The notes beneath the pieces are model-generated. The model was not told the DNA's origin. It searched no databases and was given only the letters and a program-made list of their open reading frames with translations. A stretch of 64,000 nt of DNA from a virus (taxonomy: Duplodnaviria > Caudoviricetes): IMG/VR virus record IMGVR_UViG_3300009314_000001. One strand, 5' to 3'. Within the stretch, counting starts at the first letter, position 1. Each line of letters opens with the position of its first letter. A program made the translations under genes and the position numbers. Below, one piece after another: positions 29,530 through 39,748 of the stretch.

Positions 29530-30148
29530 AGAAGAGATAACCCTTGTTCTTGTAGTATTCCACGCTAAGGCCGTCGACGGCTTTCACCCAGAATTTGTCC
29601 TGCCAGAACCATAATTCCGGAGATTGTGAATCAACTGTTCCTCTCCTGGTGAGAGCAATTGCCGTTCCGACGATCGCGGCGACATCATGAGTCGGATCAT
29701 TAAGATCCACAACACCACGAATACGGACCTGGACCATTTCACCATCATTGGTGTCAACAGCCTTGTCCAAAATATCAAGGTGATGGAACACCGGTTTATT
29801 ATTAGGACGCAGCTTCCACTGAAGAGGTTCGCTTAGATTCTTTCGCTTGAACGCTGTGAGCTTTCTCATGTGAATATCCAACCTTCTCTCAATTATTTCT
29901 CGACCCTCATCAAGTGAGTCACAAAGTCCAGAACCAAGACAAAAATCACCCCTACTACGATTACTACCAATATCCCATTTGAATTGTTCCCCAGGACCGT
30001 CCCGGTAAACCGTAGCGATAGCATCAGCATCGGTATCATCGACATCGATCAGCCACGTGAAGTCCTCACTGAGGCCTCCAGATTCTAGGCTGGCGTCACA
30101 AGTCCAATGATCTTCCCATGCTAATCTTCTCATACTATACTGTCTCAT
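29477..30148 (-). CDS. hypothetical protein
   Basis: Contains FWQDKFWV. Confidence 0.65.
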   Translation of the reverse strand: MRQYSMRRLAWEDHWTCDASLESGGLSEDFTWLIDVDDTDADAIATVYRDGPGEQFKWDIGSNRSRGDFCLGSGLCDSLDEGREIIERRLDIHMRKLTAFKRKNLSEPLQWKLRPNNKPVFHHLDILDKAVDTNDGEMVQVRIRGVVDLNDPTHDVAAIVGTAIALTRRGTVDSQSPELWFWQDKFWVKAVDGLSVEYYKNKGYLFYEVEVPDAEELLSQLEC

Positions 30149-30167
30149 ACTATACTGTTACGAACAA

Positions 30168-30548
30168 TTATTGTTTAGTTAATTCCACCCTAAAGATAGA
30201 AGTTTTATTCCTCTTTCGGAGGACTTTTTTGATCCATTCATCTAGTATGTCAAAGGCGTTTGGATTTACCAAGTCAATTTCAGTAGTCCCAACGAGTTCT
30301 TCATTAGTTGCCCCACGTTTGATTTTTCTCCAGCATGTTACCTTCATAATTGAAGTATAAGCCAGCTTGTCGTTACCTAAACTAATATGAATTCTCCGGT
30401 TCTTATAAGTAATCACTACACAATATTCTTTACTGCTGAGAGTCTCAGCAACTCGTACGGTGAATTTACGAGCCCATCGACCTTGTTGTTCTCTAGCGAT
30501 ATTGAAATGGTAAGCAATAGCTCTAATTATTTCTTCATTCTCGTTCAT
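30168..30548 (-). CDS. hypothetical protein, DP-motif family
   Basis: IDLVNPNAFDILDEWIK. Confidence 0.7.
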   Translation of the reverse strand: MNENEEIIRAIAYHFNIAREQQGRWARKFTVRVAETLSSKEYCVVITYKNRRIHISLGNDKLAYTSIMKVTCWRKIKRGATNEELVGTTEIDLVNPNAFDILDEWIKKVLRKRNKTSIFRVELTKQ

Positions 30549-30550
30549 GA

Positions 30551-31258
30551 TTATTTGGTCACAAACAAACTTGGAAAAGTAAAATCATATCCATATTTCT
30601 CAAAATCAATAGCATATATTTCAGCAACATCCGCACGTAATTGATCATCATAGAACAAGTTATATGATGGACAGAGCATTGGGCGGAATGGGTAAGGTTT
30701 ATCTGCAACACATTCAGTAAGTTCTGGGTCCAACGTACTTCTATTAAATTCTATATTCGGGATCCCCTCAGCTGAATATGAAGTACCAGCCGCTTTATTC
30801 AAAGCATCTAATGCTTGTTGGAGCCCATCTTCAAGCTGACATACTATCAGATTAGGAAATTCACATTCGAATAATTTGAATTGAGGTGCAAGATGTGGAT
30901 CATCTACCAATTCTATATGTTGCTTCATCAGGAAAATAAATTGCCGAAATGTCTCACACTTAATCTTACTCAATTCACTAGACCAACGATCTACAAGTCG
31001 ACTATGAAAAAATGAAGAAACAGCCCGCAAAAATGGATTACGTACAACTTTCAGAATCGGAAGTTCGATATCATCTTGAGTAAAGGGATATTGTGGGTTA
31101 TGAACATGGGCTCTATAATTATGTGGCCATATAGAGAAACGCAAAGCATCACGAAGCAGCCCCATCTCCTTGAGAAAAGCACATAAGACAGCAGTACAAC
31201 CAGATTTATGATTAACAGCAAATAAAGTATTATGAATATGATCTTTAAAAATGTCCAT
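30551..31258 (-). CDS. sulfotransferase (Sulfotransfer_2-like)
   Basis: NHKSGCT, VVRNPFLRAVSSF, DPHLAPQ, YAIDFEKYGY. Confidence 0.8.
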   Translation of the reverse strand: MDIFKDHIHNTLFAVNHKSGCTAVLCAFLKEMGLLRDALRFSIWPHNYRAHVHNPQYPFTQDDIELPILKVVRNPFLRAVSSFFHSRLVDRWSSELSKIKCETFRQFIFLMKQHIELVDDPHLAPQFKLFECEFPNLIVCQLEDGLQQALDALNKAAGTSYSAEGIPNIEFNRSTLDPELTECVADKPYPFRPMLCPSYNLFYDDQLRADVAEIYAIDFEKYGYDFTFPSLFVTK

Positions 31259-31614
31259 TATGCATCCCCAACGTAGTAAATAGATCTAATATATGGTCGC
31301 CGAGTCCCAGATGACTTCCTACCAGGGCGTGTTATAGAAAACCATTTCCTAGCCGCCTTTACATCATAGCAATCTGTAGGCATCGGGATTCTACTATGAC
31401 GAGCTGTACAAACGTCCCACATTTTTAGCATTTTCCGGACTTTAACTTCCTCTTTTAATGTTTCAGTATTACCCAATAATTTTACGAGGTCCTGCCTGGC
31501 CATCCTGTCCAATTCAATTTCTGCGAATAATTTATCACGCCACAAGTAATGTCTTACCCCCGCCTTATGATACACACAGAGTGGTTCAACTCCAGGATCG
31601 TTTAAGTCCGTCAA
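31258..31614 (-). CDS. hypothetical protein
   Basis: 118-aa coupled ORF. Confidence 0.55.
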   Translation of the reverse strand: MTDLNDPGVEPLCVYHKAGVRHYLWRDKLFAEIELDRMARQDLVKLLGNTETLKEEVKVRKMLKMWDVCTARHSRIPMPTDCYDVKAARKWFSITRPGRKSSGTRRPYIRSIYYVGDA

Positions 31615-31615
31615 T

Positions 31616-32338
31616 TCAAATTCTAGAAGAACGATTAATCTCCTGCCGTCTAATAGCCGCTGGAACTATGCTCTCATGTAGGGTGGCTTGCGACCAATCA
31701 AAAATGATTATGAAATGCAGGTCAGGTTCGATAAGAAGGTTATTACCAGAGACATTACCTATCTGATAACGATTGTCATGAGCAAATGTCATCGTCTTTA
31801 ACAGCTTGCCCATCATCCAAGCACTAGTACGAAGGTCAACGCGTAACGAATCCTTCCAGAGCTTGACCACTGGAATAGCAGAACTCACTTTCACAATATC
31901 CCGAAGGCCAATAATACTGACTTGTCTACCACCTTTCAACATAAAGGTATCCCAGATCTTAGAAAAGCCAAGCTCGTAATTGAGGCGTTTATCCGTGCCT
32001 TTCTTCGCAAACCTTTCTTCAAGGACTCGTGCAGCTTCCCTAAGCTTGGTCAACATCCAAGCATTCCTACCGACTTCACCGTTGTGTTCAGGCCCCATCG
32101 AGACTTGAAGCATCAATTCTTTGCCCTTGCTATTGGTGCATAATCGAAGTCGATATCGCTCATTTTCAGCGACTACTTTACCGACTTCGTATACATCATT
32201 CTTTCCCTCGACCGTTGCCATCGTCTTCTCCTCTGGCTCTTTGGGTTCTTTGGGTTTATCAGGTGGAAACGGCGTCCTCACAGTCCGCGTTTTAGGATCA
32301 TAAACCATCAGACCGAAAGGATCTAAACTGCTTTTCAT
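31616..32338 (-). CDS. protein-kinase-fold protein, degenerate and apparently C-truncated
   Basis: GKLLKTMTFAH..IGNVSGNNLLI..IIIFDWS aligns by eye with the HxD..N / DFG region. Confidence 0.6.
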   Translation of the reverse strand: MKSSLDPFGLMVYDPKTRTVRTPFPPDKPKEPKEPEEKTMATVEGKNDVYEVGKVVAENERYRLRLCTNSKGKELMLQVSMGPEHNGEVGRNAWMLTKLREAARVLEERFAKKGTDKRLNYELGFSKIWDTFMLKGGRQVSIIGLRDIVKVSSAIPVVKLWKDSLRVDLRTSAWMMGKLLKTMTFAHDNRYQIGNVSGNNLLIEPDLHFIIIFDWSQATLHESIVPAAIRRQEINRSSRI

Positions 32339-32347
32339 CGTCTTTCC

Positions 32348-33621
32348 TTATTCTACGCTCTGTAGCGCATCACGCATTTTGAAAAACAAATCAAGTACTT
32401 TCTGACCATCTTGCCCTGTTAGCATCTTACATGACCTGTTAGCATCTTACATGAGAAAAATTGGGGGAGACCATTACAAGACATAGGGGCAGCTTTATCA
32501 AGATCTTCATAGAAGAAGCCCACTTCATGATCCATCATAGCCCCGATATGCTCATGATCCATGAGACTCAATATCATAAAAGGATTCGCAAATTCATGTT
32601 GAGGCACCTGAGCACTCGTAAACACTTTATTATGGATCATGTCCATCGCTACTTGCTTCAACCGTTCGTCATCAGCACCATCTCTGATATCATCATGCAA
32701 GACCCTACTGTGTGAAGTTGGTATATGACCCAGGGCATCCCTAATAATATCATTCAAAGTAGGTTCTGAGTATTCTATAGTCTGGAGATACACACGTGGT
32801 GCCTGATCTTCGTCCCTACCATCCATAATTATAGGATCTACTACATATACCCCAGTCGGTAAGAACTCGATCCTAGCATCGATCATCCCACTATGTCTAT
32901 TGAACACATCAATTGCAGAATGTATCACACGCTTCTCTTCATCGCCATCTACCACCAAACTCTCAACAGGACGTACTGCAAATATCGGATGCTTCTTCCA
33001 ACTATCTAAGAAATCCTTGTGTGCAGCCCGCTGAATTTCAGAACCAGTGCCATGTGTGTAATTTGGCCCATCAATAATCGGTAACCCCGCAAAATTCGGA
33101 TCAAAAGCATCCCAAGGGTTAAGAACTGATAGCCCCGTCAACCGACCGATATTAGCCAATTGCCTAAAATCAAGCTGAACATCACTGAAATCAACAATAG
33201 CAAGCTCTTTCAAAGACTTGTAACCCTCTCCTTCACCGCAGATCGAGTCCACAGTACAGAGTGTGACAAATCTACGAGTCCAATTCTCCTGAATACCATA
33301 CCAACTTAGGTCATACCATTTATACTTGTCATCTTTATACAATCCCGGTTGGACTTCGGGAGGTTTGGATGCAGGATTCGTTTCACAACCGCGAAGAAAG
33401 TGGACCAACTGATATAACAGTAAATAATGTGCTTCATCAGGGATCTTACACTTGTGGATTGTCCAATTCTGAAGAGGTACGTTGGTGTCATCACAGATGT
33501 AAACGAAAGCGTCGCGTGGTTCGCCTTCGGCTTTTAAAACAAGCTCCATTTTACCCGGCGAGACTGCATTCCGATACGATACAAGATTCGACCGCTCCTT
33601 GACAGCGAGCAACCGCCACAC
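32348..33621 (-). CDS. hypothetical protein whose C-terminus is frameshifted by a 20-bp duplication
   Basis: Track ORF 32419-33621; removing one repeat copy extends it to TAA at 32348. Confidence 0.65.
32415..32454. repeat. perfect 20-bp tandem duplication
   Basis: CCTGTTAGCATCTTACATGA x2. Confidence 0.95.
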
Positions 33622-33662
33622 TTACTCCTTCACTTCTAAAATACATAGAAATAATTATATGC

Positions 33663-33719
33663 TTACCGATTTCCTCGGTGGAAACATACGTATAATATTA
33701 CCGATTTCCTTGTAGGAAA
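33663..33719. promoter_or_regulatory. tandem palindromic operator-like sites flanking TATAAT
   Basis: Two copies of TTACCGATTTCC-N5-GGAAA, 35 bp apart, with TATAAT at 33691. Confidence 0.6.
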
Positions 33720-33726
33720 TACCTTC

Positions 33727-34551
33727 ATGCTGGCCCACACACCATCAATCAATTATGTGATAGCAGCCTGGTCCGGGCTCCGGAGAGGTGATAGAAACCC
33801 AAATTTTGGCAAAGACTGCAACAGAGATGAAAATTGGGTTAGAGATAAGAAATATGATAAAGATAGAAGACATTATTTAAAATTCCATCTAGAGCAGCTA
33901 AAGAAATATAAAAGCCATGTCACACAAATCACTATTGTATGCCCAGATAATCCACATGAACCGAAATATTTTCAAGAATTTTTGAAGAGACTTCCAGCCC
34001 AGATACGACATATACCCGTTGTTGTGTTGCGACGACCAAATTATGGGTTCTCATTTGGGTCCTTCTCATATGCCTATAATAAGTATAAAAATTTCACCTA
34101 TTACATCTTCACTGAAGATGATTACGTATTCATTAGAGATTATTTTGATCTAGAACTTATAACCAGGTATGAAAGTTTGCCAAAATGCGGCTTTCTTTGC
34201 AGCTACATAGCAGATAGACAAAAAGGATGTACTCTATTAACAGATGACCATTTCTTAGTATCAGTAGGTCTAACCAGTGCTGATGTGCTAGCCAAAATAT
34301 GGCAAAAACATAAAAGCATACCACATGCAAAACATGGTGGGGCTAGTCAGATAGCATTTTTGCGTGCCTTCTTAGATGAAGGCTATCTATTATATGATTA
34401 TGCCTCAGATTTTAGAATCCCATTTCAATGGCCTTCTGGAAGATTCAATATCTATGGCAACCGTAAAGCACCGATCTTATCAGCACCAACCCAATATATT
34501 ACTGATCGGTTACTAATTGAACATTCAAAGCATCCAACACATACTGAATAG
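33727..34551 (+). CDS. GT-A/RgpF-like putative glycosyltransferase
   Basis: VVLRRPNYGFSFGSF, YIFTEDDY (DxD-like). Confidence 0.6.
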   Translation: MLAHTPSINYVIAAWSGLRRGDRNPNFGKDCNRDENWVRDKKYDKDRRHYLKFHLEQLKKYKSHVTQITIVCPDNPHEPKYFQEFLKRLPAQIRHIPVVVLRRPNYGFSFGSFSYAYNKYKNFTYYIFTEDDYVFIRDYFDLELITRYESLPKCGFLCSYIADRQKGCTLLTDDHFLVSVGLTSADVLAKIWQKHKSIPHAKHGGASQIAFLRAFLDEGYLLYDYASDFRIPFQWPSGRFNIYGNRKAPILSAPTQYITDRLLIEHSKHPTHTE

Positions 34552-35503
34552 GACTAAAGAGAGTAACCTGATCAGAACCTGCAAACAATAAACCAACGCC
34601 CTCGTTAGCATTGTTTAAAACAAGTGAACCAGAATCACCAGGTTGTGACATAGGTCCTGCCATAGTCTGCTGCTGGAAAAGAGCATATTTGTTAGTACCG
34701 TAACCAATATTGGCGGTAACATTAGTTTGAATAACCGCACTCTCTTTCAATTCTGTAGTCCTACCGCTCTTCTTCACAGTATCACCAATATCGGCAATTG
34801 CCACACCACTGGGTATACCAATATCAAGGATTTCCGATTTTACATCACCGATGCTATATGGACGTGCTATAGCCGCATCACACAAATTCTTATCATCAGC
34901 CATTTTATAGGCTTTAACTCTGTGAGATGATCTAGTAAGCCACGCTATTCCATTCACTATAGCAGCAACAGCACTCGCAATGCTACAAATGGGAGGATTA
35001 TCGGAGAAAATTATTGGTTCAAATCTTTCAAGAACTGCTATCTTGTCCTCCGCACCGCCGCCATCATATGCACCTGGTTGATAGATTGGGTCGCCAGTTT
35101 CTGCATCGTTACTATTAGCTATAACGTGATTATTACTCAAGATGAATATGTTTTCATCGTTGTCCTTAACTAGACACCCCAAAGTACCTGCAGTAATAGC
35201 ATAATGACCAATCGATACACCGCCGGGAGCTGGTCGCCATTTATCCGTTCTGTCTTGGAATTTAATCAGTTGACCAGTTTCCAAGACATCTGTGAGACAT
35301 CCTTCAATCACAGGTGGGATTATATCTGCAGTATTCAAATTGCGATTTGATACCTTCTCAACCACTGATACTATCAAGCAGAGCTCTGCTGTTGGTTGGC
35401 CATTAACAGATTTATATCCCATCCCAACGGCAACAACATTCTTTTTTGATAATAATTCTTCTTCGTACTTCGCTTGAATTGATTTGATAGCAGAAGCTTC
35501 CAT
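34499..35503 (-). CDS. Nal1-like trypsin-fold serine protease
   Basis: LIVSVVEK..IPPVIEGCLTDVLETG; SNNHV / CDAAI / GDSGS. Confidence 0.85.
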   Translation of the reverse strand: MEASAIKSIQAKYEEELLSKKNVVAVGMGYKSVNGQPTAELCLIVSVVEKVSNRNLNTADIIPPVIEGCLTDVLETGQLIKFQDRTDKWRPAPGGVSIGHYAITAGTLGCLVKDNDENIFILSNNHVIANSNDAETGDPIYQPGAYDGGGAEDKIAVLERFEPIIFSDNPPICSIASAVAAIVNGIAWLTRSSHRVKAYKMADDKNLCDAAIARPYSIGDVKSEILDIGIPSGVAIADIGDTVKKSGRTTELKESAVIQTNVTANIGYGTNKYALFQQQTMAGPMSQPGDSGSLVLNNANEGVGLLFAGSDQVTLFSPIQYVLDALNVQLVTDQ

Positions 35504-35554
35504 TTTCCATCTCCCTTGTTAAGCGTACTTATAATATTTACCCGGAGGCATCTA

Positions 35555-36667
35555 ATGAAAATTCCTCTATTTCAAGTAGCTATATCAGAGGACGTCATCG
35601 AGCCGGTCAAAGAAGTCCTCATGTCCGGTTACGTGGGACAAGGCGATAAAGTAGAAGAATTTGAGAAAGAGTTGCGGTCTCATCTAGGGACACCACATAT
35701 AAATACTACCTATAGTGGTACAGCAGCCATACATCTAGCAATTCATCTCTTGAACCTCAACCCTGGAGATGAAGTTCTAACAACTCCACTCACATGTACA
35801 GCAACTAATTTCCCAATTCTTGCAAATGATCTAGGGATCAAATGGGTGGACATCAATCCATATACATGTAATATGGATATGAATGATCTCGCACGAAAGA
35901 TCAGCCCAACAACAAAAGCAATATTAGTAGTACATTGGGGCGGTTATCCATGCGACTTAGACAATCTGCGAGAAATACAACAAAAATGTGTAGAATTACA
36001 CGGGTTTTGCCCACCTATTATTGAAGACTGTGCGCATGCCTGGGGTGCTACATATAACACTAGATTATTAGGGAACCACGGTAATATATGTTGTTTCAGC
36101 TTTCAAGCGATTAAACATCTTACATCAGTAGATGGTGGTTTACTAGTAACACCAAATGATATATTACACCAACGCGCTAAACTATTAAGATGGTACGGCC
36201 TAGATAGAACACGAAGTGCTCAATTCCGGTGCGAACAAGATATACAGGAATGGGGATTCAAGTTTCATATGAATGACTTGAATGCTGCGATAGGATTGCA
36301 TAACTTACCTAAAGTAAATGATATAGTCAAAAAGCACAAAGAGAATGGCAAATATTTCAATCGAGAACTGTCCGAAGTGGCAGGTGTTACATTATTAGAA
36401 AACGCTCAAAATCGTGAATCTTCATATTGGATATACACAATGCGAGTAGAACGGAGGAGCGATTTTACTAGAAAGATGGGAGAAGTCGGTATAGCTACAA
36501 GCCAAGTACACGACCGTAATGATAAACACACTTGCCTCAAACAATATAGATGTATTCTACCTAATACGGATTCGGTATGCAGCGACATGATTTGTATACC
36601 ATGCGGTTGGTGGGTAGATCAAGAAGGACGAGAATATATCGTCGATCAGATTAAAAAGGGCTGGTAA
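35555..36667 (+). CDS. DegT/DnrJ/EryC1/StrS PLP-dependent sugar aminotransferase
   Basis: SGTAAIHLA, VVHWGG, IEDCAHA, FSFQAIKHL (PLP Lys), DGG; GGAGG before ATG 35555. Confidence 0.93.
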   Translation: MKIPLFQVAISEDVIEPVKEVLMSGYVGQGDKVEEFEKELRSHLGTPHINTTYSGTAAIHLAIHLLNLNPGDEVLTTPLTCTATNFPILANDLGIKWVDINPYTCNMDMNDLARKISPTTKAILVVHWGGYPCDLDNLREIQQKCVELHGFCPPIIEDCAHAWGATYNTRLLGNHGNICCFSFQAIKHLTSVDGGLLVTPNDILHQRAKLLRWYGLDRTRSAQFRCEQDIQEWGFKFHMNDLNAAIGLHNLPKVNDIVKKHKENGKYFNRELSEVAGVTLLENAQNRESSYWIYTMRVERRSDFTRKMGEVGIATSQVHDRNDKHTCLKQYRCILPNTDSVCSDMICIPCGWWVDQEGREYIVDQIKKGW

Positions 36668-37272
36668 TGAGACAAATGTTCAGCTGTAAAGTAGGAACCG
36701 GCACCGGCCAAATGACGGTGATCCTAAACAAAGCCATGTTCTCCGACTCACTCATAACGGCTGCCTTATCATTTAGACATGAATCACAAAACTTTCTACA
36801 CCGAAGACTCTTCTTAAATTTAGATGATCAAACACGATGGTTCGATAATTTAGATCAGAGTACCGACTCCCCACGTAATTTATTTCTAGAGGTGACATAC
36901 ATACCAGAAGGTATGGACGACGATGAAGACAATATCTCACCATTAGGCTTTTTCTTCCTGTCCGACATCGATTGGTTGAACAGAAGAGCAGATGCGTCAT
37001 GGGGTATATGGTGTGAAGCTTCTCGAGGAAAAGGCTACGGCAAAGCACTATTAACAGCTTGTACGATGTTCTGCTTTAACGAATTACACCTACATCGCCT
37101 AAATGCTGAAATCCTCGAACACAACAAGGCATCACAAGTCTGTGCAGAGCATGCAAGATGGCGAAAAGAAGGACATAAACGTGACGTGATACATGGTTCT
37201 AATCCAACATTCGAAGATGGTTGGATTGATAGTTTAGTATACGGAATTATAGAATCTGATTGGTATCAATGA
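36667..37272 (+). CDS. GNAT N-acetyltransferase (PseH/RimL-like)
   Basis: RGKGYG, LHRLNAEILEHNKAS, EG..R; coupled to DegT. Confidence 0.85.
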   Translation: MRQMFSCKVGTGTGQMTVILNKAMFSDSLITAALSFRHESQNFLHRRLFLNLDDQTRWFDNLDQSTDSPRNLFLEVTYIPEGMDDDEDNISPLGFFFLSDIDWLNRRADASWGIWCEASRGKGYGKALLTACTMFCFNELHLHRLNAEILEHNKASQVCAEHARWRKEGHKRDVIHGSNPTFEDGWIDSLVYGIIESDWYQ

Positions 37273-38103
37273 AAGCAAATTACGTAATAGCAACATGGTC
37301 TGGCGAAAGACTAAGCCATGTTTATCACGATCCCGTCATAAGATTATCTGCGCATATTAACCACTTATATGCAGTACACCACGATCTATCACAAATAACG
37401 ATTGTCGTACCATACAACCCAGAAGAACCGGTAGCATTTACTACATATATCAACTCACTACCAAAGACAATAGAAAACACCAAAGTTGTTGTTCTACGAA
37501 GACCTAATGAAGGCTTCTCATATGGTTCTTATTCGTACGCGTACGAAACATATAGAGGCAAATTCGATCATTACATTTTCGTAGAAGACGATAATATTTA
37601 TTGAAGACGCATTCGATAGAAAACTAGCGGCAAGATGCAACTCACTACCGAATTGCGGTTTCTTATGTGGCTTTGTATCTCTCTGGCGGATTTATGACAA
37701 GACATATAATCATTTAAGTGCTATAGTACCACACGGTATAGCAAAAGCAGATGTTCTAGAAAGGATACACAGAAAGCACGGTAGGATACCATGGGATATA
37801 GACTTCGGTTTCCATGAACACATATTAGAATGGGTACGAAAGGGATGTAGACGACGATCAACAGCCGCAGGAGGATTTGCCCAACTCTCTTTCTCACAAT
37901 CTTTTCTAGATAGTGGTTTTCTACTATATGATTTCTCTTCTAGCCATATTATACCATATCGAAGTTCAACCGGACGAATATTTTTGTTCGGAAACCATCT
38001 AAAGGCACCTTTTGTAGTGCCTTTTGAGTATATGGACAACCCAGGCCAGTTGCCAATAAGGTATATGGACTACGAATCCTATTCAGGTGATACTATTCGC
38101 TAG
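37269..38103 (+). pseudogene. frameshifted GT-A/RgpF-like paralog of 33727-34551
   Basis: Stops at 37604; the frame from 37603 is open to TAG 38103 and continues the similarity (SLPNCGFLC, ADVL, FLDSGFLLYD). Confidence 0.85.
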
Positions 38104-38287
38104 CCTCACGAATTCTATCCCTAGCGATAGTCCGCAATTTATCCTCAACTATATCAATACATTTCAAGAATCTTCTATCGCCTTCAATGCATCTCCATTG
38201 TGCTGCAGTCAGTTCTCTCATCAGAATTTCCCCTTATTGTGAATATGGTGCTGGGAGTATGTTGCACACCAAACCACAACAGTGAAA

Positions 38288-39748
38288 TTATTGCTCGACG
38301 TACCGCCAATTAATGCCGAGTTCCCTAGTATTATCCCATCTATATAATACTATAGTATCTTCCCCATGAAACTGAACTATAACCAACTTTGACGACTCTT
38401 CATCATCTACATCAGCTGGCCAATCCCGATAAGAATCCACAGTATTCCCAAGTAACCTATCCAGATCCGGGGTAGGACCATCAACCATTCCAAATTCGCC
38501 TTCAACATGCTCTATACCAACACCATATAGTATCTTAGTAGGATCAATAGCCTGATTATATTCAGGATCATTCTTACAGAGCTCTGAAACCTCCCAGTCC
38601 TTCTGCCAACCCTTTAGATAGATCTTCTTGATAGTTTTAACGTAATCGGATTGCCCGTGAGCCGTACCAGCCCTCAAAGCCTCCGGTACATGTACCGTAG
38701 CCTTACTACGAACATCCTTAAGTGCTGCTTTGATGGCGTAATATGCGGACTTGTTCCTCTTACTCATCGCCATCTCACAAGTGGCCAAGCTCATCGGTAT
38801 GACACACTCAGGTAGACCTGTTCGCTCCGTTGTATAACAAGCAGCCATAGCTGTAGTCGCAGCAAACGGATTCCCAGCACAGTCCTCAAAGGCCGTAATA
38901 AGCATCCGGCGGCAGATATAGGCTGGATCTTCACCAGATTCTATCCACTTAGCAAGCCAATAAATAGCACCATTAACATCAGAATGTTGTATAGCTTCTT
39001 GATAGCAATGGGCAAGATCAAAATGATCATTGCCATGAGCATCGAAAACTATTTCTTTGGTTGGTACAGCAAGATCGATATGCTCTTGGGTAATTATATC
39101 GTCACTCGATAATATCTCGATACATGTCTCGAGAGCCATTATGATTTTGCGGCCGTCACCACCACATCTATCAACAAGGACTACTGCCGCTTCCTTTTTG
39201 AATCTTACTTCCCTCTTCTTTCGAAGATAGTGTTCTATTACTTTCAGAATAAGCCTTAAAGATGCTGATTTATTAAGTGGTTTTACCTCCATCACAAGGC
39301 ATCGTGATAGAAGCGTCGAGTTGACAGCGAACTTTGGGCGCTCTGTAGTAGCACCAAAGAATATTATAGTCCCATCTTCGACAGACGGTAGAAGTGCATC
39401 TTGTTGAGCTTTATTCCAGCGATGGCATTCATCGACAAAAACGAATGTCCTCTTATCTGGCAAGGCCTTTTTGGCGGCCGTTATAATAGTTCTTAATTGC
39501 TTAACGGTCGCTTGCGTAGCATTGAGTTGCCTGAAATGTGAGTCTGTCTCATTAGCAAGTGACCTGACTATTGAGGTCTTGCCGGTTCCTGGTGGCCCCC
39601 AGAATATTATACTTTGGTATTCCTTTTTATCCGCCATAAGGCGTAGGGCTTTTCCCTCGCCCAGTAGGTGGTCTTGCCCTACTATATCATCTAGTTTCTG
39701 AGGACGTAGAGCTGCCGCTAATGGTGTAATTCCAGGATTTGTCCGCAT
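38288..39748 (-). CDS. rarA: replication-associated recombination ATPase RarA/MgsA with divergent C-terminus
   Basis: LRPQKLDDIVGQ.HL, WGPPGTGKT, FVDECHRWNKAQQDALLP, GATTE, GEDP.YICRR. Confidence 0.9.
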   Translation of the reverse strand: MRTNPGITPLAAALRPQKLDDIVGQDHLLGEGKALRLMADKKEYQSIIFWGPPGTGKTSIVRSLANETDSHFRQLNATQATVKQLRTIITAAKKALPDKRTFVFVDECHRWNKAQQDALLPSVEDGTIIFFGATTERPKFAVNSTLLSRCLVMEVKPLNKSASLRLILKVIEHYLRKKREVRFKKEAAVVLVDRCGGDGRKIIMALETCIEILSSDDIITQEHIDLAVPTKEIVFDAHGNDHFDLAHCYQEAIQHSDVNGAIYWLAKWIESGEDPAYICRRMLITAFEDCAGNPFAATTAMAACYTTERTGLPECVIPMSLATCEMAMSKRNKSAYYAIKAALKDVRSKATVHVPEALRAGTAHGQSDYVKTIKKIYLKGWQKDWEVSELCKNDPEYNQAIDPTKILYGVGIEHVEGEFGMVDGPTPDLDRLLGNTVDSYRDWPADVDDEESSKLVIVQFHGEDTIVLYRWDNTRELGINWRYVEQ

